Below are positions 18,654 through 24,813 of a stretch of 24,813 bases of DNA, in pieces. Below the pieces are notes generated by a model, which searched no databases, was not told where the DNA came from, and worked only from the letters and a program-made list of their open reading frames with translations. Position numbers and translations under genes: made by a program. Source of the DNA: a virus (taxonomy: Duplodnaviria; Heunggongvirae; Uroviricota; Caudoviricetes); the IMG/VR virus record IMGVR_UViG_2529292921_000026, one strand, 5' to 3'. Numbering within the stretch: position 1 is the first letter of the stretch; each line of letters begins with the position of its first letter.

Positions 18654-18717
18654 TTCAACATCATGATGCATAATAACATCATGAAATAAAAGATGTTTTC
18701 TTACGGAGTGCACATCT

Positions 18718-19398
18718 ATGTCTGATAATCGTTCCCGGCATGATCGCCTGGCGGTTCGCTTATCACTCATTATCAGCCGACTGATGGCCGGAGAATCTCT
18801 GTCACTAAAAACACTGTCAGATGAATTTGGCGTTACAGAACGTACTTTACAGCGCGATTTTCATCAGCGTCTGGTTCACCTGGATTTAGAGTACAGAAAT
18901 GGCAGGTACAGCCTCAGACGACAGAGCAGCCCAGGTGCGATCCCTGAAATGCTTTCTTTTATACAGAATACCGGGATCGCACGGATACTTCCGCTCCGGA
19001 ACGGACGACTGATAACCTGTCTTACCGACAACCAGGAGCCCTCTCCCTGCCTTATCTGGCTACCGGCGCCGGATATCACTGCAACGTTCCCCGAGTGTTT
19101 CTCGCAACTCATCCTGGCAATAAGACAGTGTATCCACATCTCTCTGATGACTGAGCGATGGTATCCGTCACTGGAGCCCTGCCGGCTCATTTATTACAGC
19201 GGTAGCTGGTATCTGATCGCGTTACAGAAGGGAAAACTGCAGGTCTTTCCTCTGGCAGATATCAAATCAGTCAGCCTGACATCAGAACGGTTTGAACGGA
19301 GAGGCCACATCCACAGTCTGGTCGCTGAAGAGCGTTTTATCTCCGCCCTGCCACATTTCTCTTTCATCCATAAACTTATCAACACCTTTAACCTGTGA
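18718..19398 (+). CDS. WYL-domain transcriptional regulator (YfjR-like, HTH plus WYL)
   Basis: N-terminal HTH (SLKTLSDEFGVTERTLQRDF) and a WYL signature (YYSGSWYLIA). ATG at 18718 with GGAG upstream. Confidence 0.7.
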   Translation: MSDNRSRHDRLAVRLSLIISRLMAGESLSLKTLSDEFGVTERTLQRDFHQRLVHLDLEYRNGRYSLRRQSSPGAIPEMLSFIQNTGIARILPLRNGRLITCLTDNQEPSPCLIWLPAPDITATFPECFSQLILAIRQCIHISLMTERWYPSLEPCRLIYYSGSWYLIALQKGKLQVFPLADIKSVSLTSERFERRGHIHSLVAEERFISALPHFSFIHKLINTFNL

Positions 19399-19545
19399 TC
19401 GCCGGCCTGCCAAAGCCGTCCCGACAGGTATGGAGACAATATGTTGAACAGAAAACTAAATATACGGCTACGTCATTCCCTGAACAGTTACTGCATACCT
19501 TCCATCATTATCAATAACACCGTACGTTCATTTCAGAGGTCAGTC

Positions 19546-20223
19546 ATGAATACCAGAGCTCTTTTTCCCCTGCTGTTCACTGTGGCATCATTCTCCGCCT
19601 CCGCCGGCAACTGGGCTGTCAAAAACGGCTGGTGTCAGACCATGACGGAAGATGGTCAGGCGCTGGTAATGCTGAAAAATGGCACGACTGGTATTACCGG
19701 CCTGATGCAGGGATGCCCGAATGGCGTACAGACGCTCCTGGGCAGCCGTATCAGTATTAACGGTAACCTGATCCCCACATCACAAATGTGTAATCAGCAG
19801 ACGGGATTCAGGGCTGTTGAGGTGGAAATCGGACAGGCGCCGGAAATGGTCAAAAAAGCCGTTCACTCCATAGCAGAGCGTGATGTGTCCGTTTTACAGG
19901 CATTTGGTGTACGAATGGAATTCACCCGCGGTGATATGCTGAAGGTCTGTCCGAAATTTGTCACATCACTTGCCGGTTTTTCCCCGAAACAGACGACCAC
20001 TATTAATAAAGATTCCGTCCTGCAGGCTGCCCGGCAGGCATACGCCCGGGAATATGACGAGGAAACAACAGAAACCGCTGATTTTGGCTCTTACGAAGTA
20101 AAAGGCAATAAGGTTGAGTTTGAAGTATTCAATCCTGAAGACCGTGCGTACGACAAAGTGACCGTCACGGTTGGTGCTGACGGTAATGCCACCGGCGCCA
20201 GCGTTGAATTTATCGGAAAATAG
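19546..20223 (+). CDS. secreted protein with signal peptide, unknown function
   Basis: ATG at 19546 has AGAGG 6 nt upstream. N-terminus [23 protein letters not shown] is a Sec signal peptide. The ORF track's upstream extension lacks an RBS. Confidence 0.5.
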   Translation: MNTRALFPLLFTVASFSASAGNWAVKNGWCQTMTEDGQALVMLKNGTTGITGLMQGCPNGVQTLLGSRISINGNLIPTSQMCNQQTGFRAVEVEIGQAPEMVKKAVHSIAERDVSVLQAFGVRMEFTRGDMLKVCPKFVTSLAGFSPKQTTTINKDSVLQAARQAYAREYDEETTETADFGSYEVKGNKVEFEVFNPEDRAYDKVTVTVGADGNATGASVEFIGK

Positions 20224-20228
20224 CCGGT

Positions 20229-20462
20229 ATGTCGGACTGCCACCCTGTTTTATTGCCCGAAGGCCCTTTCTCACGCGAACAGGCGGTTGCCGTCACAACA
20301 GCTTACCGCAATGTGCTTATTGAAGATGACCAGGGAACGCATTTCCGGCTGGTTATCCGCAATGCCGAAGGGCAGCTACGCTGGCGGTGCTGGAATTTTG
20401 AACCTGATGCCGGAAAACAGCTAAATTCGTATCTCGCCAGTGAGGGAATTCTCAGGCAATAA
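20229..20462 (+). CDS. DUF905-family small protein (YkfF/YpjJ-like)
   Basis: 77-aa ORF ([57 protein letters not shown]...) in the expected position of this family in CP4-type islands. Confidence 0.6.
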   Translation: MSDCHPVLLPEGPFSREQAVAVTTAYRNVLIEDDQGTHFRLVIRNAEGQLRWRCWNFEPDAGKQLNSYLASEGILRQ

Positions 20463-20485
20463 ACGTCTTCATTTCATCCATCAGG

Positions 20486-20518
20486 CCGCGTCTTCTCCGG
20501 GAGACGTGGCTTTTTCAT
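20486..20518 (+). terminator. rho-independent terminator after the DUF905 gene
   Basis: 10-bp stem (with G-U pairs) CCGCGTCTTC / GGGAGACGTGG around a tetraloop, followed by CTTTTTCATTT. Confidence 0.5.
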
Positions 20519-20560
20519 TTATTACACCAGTAAATCTTAACCACCGATAAGGAGCAAATT

Positions 20561-21379
20561 ATGCGACTAGCCAGTCGTTTTGGTTATGCGAACCAGATAC
20601 GCCGTGACCGTCCGCTGACACACGAAGAACTGATGCACTATGTGCCGGGGATTTTCGGGGAAGATAAACACACGTCCCGAAGCCAGAACTATACGTACAT
20701 CCCCACCATCACCGTACTGGAAAGCCTGCAGAGGGAAGGCTTTCAGCCATTCTTCGCCTGCCAGACCCGTGTGCGCGACCCGGGCCGCCGGGGATACACA
20801 AAACACATGCTGCGTCTGCGGCGGGCCGGAGAGATAAACGGAGAACATGTCCCTGAAATTATTCTGCTCAACTCTCATGACGGTACCTCCAGCTACCAGA
20901 TGCTGCCGGGTTACTTCAGGTTCGTCTGCCAGAACGGATGCGTCTGTGGTCAGTCTCTGGGGGAAGTGCGTGTTCCGCACCGGGGAAATGTGGTGGACAG
21001 AGTCATTGAAGGGGCTTACGAGGTGGTGGGCGTGTTTGACCGGATTGAGGAAAAGCGTGATGCCATGCAGTCGCTGATTCTGCCGCCACCGGCACGCCAG
21101 GCGCTGGCACAGGCGGCACTGACTTACCGTTATGGTGACGAACATCAGCCCGTCACCACCGCCGACATTCTGACGCCACGACGCCGGGAGGATTACGGTA
21201 AGGACCTGTGGAGTGCTTATCAGACCATTCAGGAGAATATGCTGAAAGGCGGAATTTCAGGTCGCAGCGCTAAAGGAAAACGTATCCATACCCGTGCCAT
21301 TCACAGCATTGACACTGACATTAAGCTCAACCGCGCATTGTGGGTGATGGCGGAAACCCTGCTGGAGAGCCTGCGCTGA
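20561..21379 (+). CDS. DUF932-family protein (YfjQ/YafZ-like)
   Basis: 272-aa ORF with AAGGAG RBS upstream. Sequence and position match the DUF932 paralogs of CP4-44/CP4-57/CP4-6 as I recall them. Confidence 0.65.
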   Translation: MRLASRFGYANQIRRDRPLTHEELMHYVPGIFGEDKHTSRSQNYTYIPTITVLESLQREGFQPFFACQTRVRDPGRRGYTKHMLRLRRAGEINGEHVPEIILLNSHDGTSSYQMLPGYFRFVCQNGCVCGQSLGEVRVPHRGNVVDRVIEGAYEVVGVFDRIEEKRDAMQSLILPPPARQALAQAALTYRYGDEHQPVTTADILTPRRREDYGKDLWSAYQTIQENMLKGGISGRSAKGKRIHTRAIHSIDTDIKLNRALWVMAETLLESLR

Positions 21380-21433
21380 TTCAGCCATTACCCTGAAAAC
21401 CACGCATTTATTTGTCCTTTAAGGAGTCATTTC

Positions 21434-21919
21434 ATGAAAACCATTTCACATAATTCCACCACATCTTCTGTTTCCGTAACCGCTGCATCAGGGAATGACC
21501 AGCCTCAGCTGGTTGCCACCATAGTCCCTGATGAACAGCGCATCAGCTTCTGGCCGCAGCATTTTGGCCTCATTCCACAGTGGGTGACCCTGGAGCCCCG
21601 TATCTTCGGCTGGATGGACCGTCTTTGCGAAGACTACTGCGGTGGTATCTAGAATCTGTACACACTGAACAACGGTGGCGCATTTATAGCGCCCGAACCG
21701 GATGACGATGATGGCGAAACATGGGTACTGTTCAATGCCATGAACGGTAACCGCGCTGAAATGAGCCCGGAAGCCGCCGGCATTGCTGCCTGTCTGATGA
21801 CGTACAGTCATCACGCCTGTCGTACGGAGTATTATGCCATGACGGTCCATTATTACCGGCTGCGGGATTACGCCCTGCAGCATCCGGAATGCAGCGCCAT
21901 TATGCGCATCATCGACTGA
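21434..21919 (+). pseudogene. antirestriction protein (KlcA/ArdB-like, YfjX/YafX/YeeS family) interrupted by an in-frame TAG
   Basis: A single 161-codon frame runs from ATG 21434 to TGA 21917-21919, with an amber codon at 21650-21652 (codon 73). Both halves read as antirestriction-family sequence (...FGWMDRLCEDYCGGI * NLYTLNNGGAFIAPEPDDDDGETWVLFNAMNG...). Confidence 0.6.
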
Positions 21920-21934
21920 ATGGAGGCAGGGACA

Positions 21935-22411
21935 ATGCAGCAGCTTTCCTTTCTGCCCGGAGAAATGACGCCCGGCGAGCGCAGTCTCATTCTGCGGGCT
22001 CTGAAAACCCTGGACCGCCATCTTCATGAACCCGGTGTGGCCTTCACCTCCACCCGTGCGGCACGGGAATGGCTGATTCTGAACATGGCGGGACTGGAGC
22101 GTGAAGAGTTCCGGGTGCTGTATCTGAACAACCAGAATCAGTTGATTGCCGGTGAAACCCTCTTCACCGGCACCATCAACCGCACGGAAGTCCATCCCCG
22201 TGAAGTGATTAAACGCGCCCTGTATCACAATGCCGCTGCTGTGGTGCTGGCACACAATCACCCGTCCGGTGAAGTCACACCCAGCAAGGCAGACCGCCTT
22301 ATCACGGAACGTCTGGTACAGGCACTGGGCCTGGTGGATATCCGGGTGCCGGACCATCTGATAGTCGGTGGCAGCCAGGTTTTCTCCTTTGCCGAACATG
22401 GTCTGCTTTAA
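21935..22411 (+). CDS. RadC-like JAB/MPN-domain protein (YeeS/YfjY/YkfG family)
   Basis: JAB metalloprotease motif HNHPSGEVTPSKAD. ATG at 21935 has GGAGG 9 nt upstream. The translation from MQQLSFLPGEMTPGER... matches this family. Confidence 0.75.
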   Translation: MQQLSFLPGEMTPGERSLILRALKTLDRHLHEPGVAFTSTRAAREWLILNMAGLEREEFRVLYLNNQNQLIAGETLFTGTINRTEVHPREVIKRALYHNAAAVVLAHNHPSGEVTPSKADRLITERLVQALGLVDIRVPDHLIVGGSQVFSFAEHGLL

Positions 22412-22473
22412 CCCGTCACAACCACATCACACCTGTTTTCACTTTTATCTTCTGTCTTCAGAGGTATCCCACT

Positions 22474-22695
22474 ATGAAAATCATCACCCGTGGCGAAGCC
22501 ATGCGTATTCACCGTCAGCATCCGGCATCCCGTCTTTTTCCGTTCTGTACCGGCAAATACCGCTGGCACGGCAGTGCTGAAGCGTATACCGGTCGTGAAG
22601 TGCAGGATATTCCCGGTGTGCTGGCCGTGTTTGCAGAACGCCGTAAGGACAGTTTTGGTCCGTATGTCCGGCTGATGAGCGTCACCCTGAACTGA
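22474..22695 (+). CDS. DUF987-family protein (YeeT/YkfH-like)
   Basis: 73-aa ORF MKIITRGEAMRIHRQHPASRLFPFCTGKYRWHGSAEAYTGREVQDIPGVLAVF... is near-identical to YeeT as I recall it. Confidence 0.7.
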   Translation: MKIITRGEAMRIHRQHPASRLFPFCTGKYRWHGSAEAYTGREVQDIPGVLAVFAERRKDSFGPYVRLMSVTLN

Positions 22696-22857
22696 TGTTC
22701 CGTCACCCGGAAAACGAGTACGACTGGCTGAGCTCAGACGCCGCTGTGGATGAGGTCCTGCTCATCAACGAATACACCTTTACCGAAGCCGGTCTGCGCG
22801 CCGGCTGACCCGTCATCGTTAAACTATCATTCACCGATTTTCTGTGAGGATTTTATC

Positions 22858-23226
22858 GTGTCAGACACACTTTCCGGGACAACGCATCCCGATGACAATG
22901 ACGACCATCCCTGGTGGGGACTACCCTGCACAGTGACGCCCTGTTTCGGCGCCCGTCTGGTGCAGGAGGGTAACCGGTTGCATTACCTTGCCGACCGTGC
23001 CGGTATCAGAGGCCGGTTCAGCGATGCAGATGCGTACCACCTGGACCAGGCCTTTCCGCTGCTGATGAAACAACTGGAACTCATGCTCACCAGCGGTGAA
23101 CTGAATCCCCGCCATCAGCATACCGTCACGCTGTATGCAAAAGGTCTGACCTGCAAAGCTGACACTCTCGGTAGCGGTGGTTACGTTTATCTGGCTGTTT
23201 ATCCGACGCCCGAAACGAAAAAGTAA
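22858..23226 (+). CDS. cbeA: type IV antitoxin CbeA (YeeU family)
   Basis: GTG at 22858 has GAGGA 7 nt upstream and gives 122 aa ([52 protein letters not shown]...), matching YeeU. It lies immediately upstream of the toxin gene. Confidence 0.75.
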   Translation: MSDTLSGTTHPDDNDDHPWWGLPCTVTPCFGARLVQEGNRLHYLADRAGIRGRFSDADAYHLDQAFPLLMKQLELMLTSGELNPRHQHTVTLYAKGLTCKADTLGSGGYVYLAVYPTPETKK

Positions 23227-23315
23227 ACCACCGGAATAACCTTCTGCTCCGGCCTGGTGCTTTCACCACGCCACTTTTCCATTTTTCATCTCTGCATATC
23301 AGGAAAACCTTCAGT

Positions 23316-23693
23316 ATGAAAACATTACCCGATACACACGTACGGGAGGCATCGAGCTGCCCGTCTCCCGTCACCATCTGGCAGACTCTGCTCTCCCGAC
23401 TACTGGGCCAGCATTACGGCCTTACACTGAATGACACACCGTTCGCCGATGAACGTGTGATTGAGCAGCATATTGAAGCTGGCATTTCACTGTGCGATGC
23501 AGTGAACTTTCTTGTTGAAAAATACGCACTGGTGCGTACCGACCAGCCGGAATTCAGTGCCTGTACCCGCTCTCAGTTAATAAACAGCATCGATATCCTC
23601 CGGGCTCGCCGGGCGACTGGCCTGATGACCCGCGACAATTACCGAACGGTAAATAACATTACCCTGGGTAAGTATCAGGAGGCGAAACGATGA
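23316..23693 (+). CDS. cbtA: type IV toxin CbtA (YeeV family; cytoskeleton-targeting)
   Basis: 125-aa ORF (MKTLP...[54 protein letters not shown]...) is closest to YeeV among the paralogs I can recall. Confidence 0.8.
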   Translation: MKTLPDTHVREASSCPSPVTIWQTLLSRLLGQHYGLTLNDTPFADERVIEQHIEAGISLCDAVNFLVEKYALVRTDQPEFSACTRSQLINSIDILRARRATGLMTRDNYRTVNNITLGKYQEAKR

Positions 23694-24178
23694 AACTGGC
23701 CCTGACGCTGGAAGCTGACAGCGTTAACGTGCAGGCACTGAACATGGGGCGCATTGTCGTTGACGTCGATGGTGTTAATCTCACTGAACTGATTAATAAC
23801 GTCGCTGAAAACGGTTATTCACTCCGTGTGGTGGAGGAATCCGACCAACAGTCAACCTGCACACCTCCGCCATTTGCAACCCTTGCCGGCATACGCTGCA
23901 GTACCGCACATATCACGGAAACGGACAACGCCTGGTTGTACTCGCTGTCACACCAGACCAGGGACGTTGGTGAATCAGAATGGATTCATTTTACAGGTAC
24001 CGGTTATCTGTTACGTACTGATGCGTGGTCGTACCCGGTTCTGCGGCTTAAGCGCCTGGGCCTGTCAAAAACGTTCCGTCGTCTGGTTGTCACACTTACC
24101 CGACGTTATGGCGTCAGTCTCATTCATCTGGATGCCAGCGCTGAATGCCTGCCGGGTTTACCCACTTTCGACTGGTAA
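23690..24178 (+). CDS. YeeW-like protein (DUF5983)
   Basis: 162-aa ORF whose start overlaps the cbtA stop (ATGA), in the conserved position downstream of the toxin in CP4-type islands. Confidence 0.6.
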   Translation: MKLALTLEADSVNVQALNMGRIVVDVDGVNLTELINNVAENGYSLRVVEESDQQSTCTPPPFATLAGIRCSTAHITETDNAWLYSLSHQTRDVGESEWIHFTGTGYLLRTDAWSYPVLRLKRLGLSKTFRRLVVTLTRRYGVSLIHLDASAECLPGLPTFDW

Positions 24179-24189
24179 CCAGAAACAAC

Positions 24190-24387
24190 ATGAAATCATT
24201 AACCACGGAAACAGCGCTGGATATTCTGATTGCGTGGCTGCAGGACAATATCGACTGCGAATCGGGAATTATCTTTGACAACAATGAGGATAAAACGGAT
24301 TCAGCAGCACTGTTGCCCTGTATCGAACAGGCCAGAGAGGATATCCGTACCCTGCGCCAACTGCAGCTTCAGCACCAGAACCGGTGA
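24190..24387 (+). CDS. small hypothetical protein (65 aa)
   Basis: ATG at 24190 (MKSLTTETALDILIAWLQDNIDCESGIIFDNNED...), followed by a terminator. The ORF track's longer version starts inside the yeeW-like gene. Confidence 0.35.
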   Translation: MKSLTTETALDILIAWLQDNIDCESGIIFDNNEDKTDSAALLPCIEQAREDIRTLRQLQLQHQNR

Positions 24388-24427
24388 GTCTCACTCATCA
24401 TCTCACTCACCAGACTTCATTCCACTG

Positions 24428-24460
24428 ACGCCAGCCTGAACACGGCTGGCGTTTTCATTT
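24428..24460 (+). terminator. rho-independent terminator
   Basis: 9-bp stem ACGCCAGCC(24428-24436) / GGCTGGCGT(24444-24452) with a 7-nt loop, followed by TTTCATTT. Confidence 0.5.
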
Positions 24461-24483
24461 ATCTGCAAAAAGGAATATCGATT

Positions 24484-24813
24484 ATGTCTGAAATCACAGT
24501 CTCCCGTCCGGAAGTGGTCAACGAGAATACGGACGTTATCTGCTCCACCTCAGTCAGGTCCAGGTCACTGGAATATGATAATTTTCCGGAAATCAGCGAA
24601 GCGAACATTCTGAGCACATTTGAACAACTGCACCAGAACAAAGATGAAGTGTTTGAACGGGGAGTGATCAACGTCTTCAAAGGGCTGAGCTGGGATTACA
24701 AAACCAACTCACCCTGTAAATTTGGCAGTAAAATTATCGTCAACAATCTGGTGAGATGGGACCAGTGGGGATTTCATCTTATCAGTGGAATGCAGGCAGA
24801 TCAGCCTGGCTGA
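24484..24813 (+). CDS. hypothetical protein (109 aa)
   Basis: ATG at 24484 with AAAGGAATATCG upstream. The frame's stop codon coincides with the last three bases of the window. No motif recognised. Confidence 0.4.
   Translation: MSEITVSRPEVVNENTDVICSTSVRSRSLEYDNFPEISEANILSTFEQLHQNKDEVFERGVINVFKGLSWDYKTNSPCKFGSKIIVNNLVRWDQWGFHLISGMQADQPG

Noticed and set aside
20567-21145. Minus-strand 192-aa ORF antisense to the DUF932 gene
   Set aside because: Shadow ORF in a GC-rich gene; the plus-strand product matches a known family and has a proper RBS.
21488-22399. Minus-strand 303-aa ORF spanning the antirestriction and RadC-like genes
   Set aside because: It crosses two independently supported plus-strand genes; the composition (Gly/His/Gln-rich) is typical of antisense frames in GC-rich DNA.

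Overview
This window looks like a composite of mobile DNA from an E. coli-like chromosome, in three parts. (1) 1-11233 is the early/immunity region of a lambdoid prophage that resembles P22 and the K-12 CPS-53 (yfd) prophage. It has a leftward operon on the minus strand (681-6205: PrtN-like regulator, DnaQ-like exonuclease, DUF551 protein, two Ea22-like proteins, a secreted protein, an HD-domain phosphohydrolase, a DUF2303 protein), a CI-like repressor (6663-7316) flanked by near-identical inverted operator/promoter blocks, and a rightward operon (cro-like, CII-like, Rha-like, replication initiator with internal iterons, PerC-like regulator, and a Dam-like methyltransferase gene truncated by an IS). 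A short AT-rich two-gene cassette on the plus strand (1-633) ends at a bidirectional terminator. (2) 11234-13951 is a 1954-bp IS100-like (IS21 family, istA/istB) element lying directly against a truncated IS2 (insC intact, insD cut), with no target-site duplication. (3) 14093-24813 is a CP4-44/CP4-57-like island module: an inovirus-Gp2-like gene, a 1.5-kb AT-rich stretch without convincing ORFs, an uncharacterised 376-aa Lys/Arg- and Cys-rich protein, then a plus-strand array of YeeP-family GTPase, WYL regulator, secreted protein, DUF905, DUF932, an antirestriction gene with an in-frame TAG, RadC-like JAB protein, DUF987, the CbeA/CbtA antitoxin-toxin pair and a YeeW-like gene. I found no rRNA, tRNA or CRISPR array. 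All family assignments come from reading motifs in the translations and from recall of known families; no database search was run.
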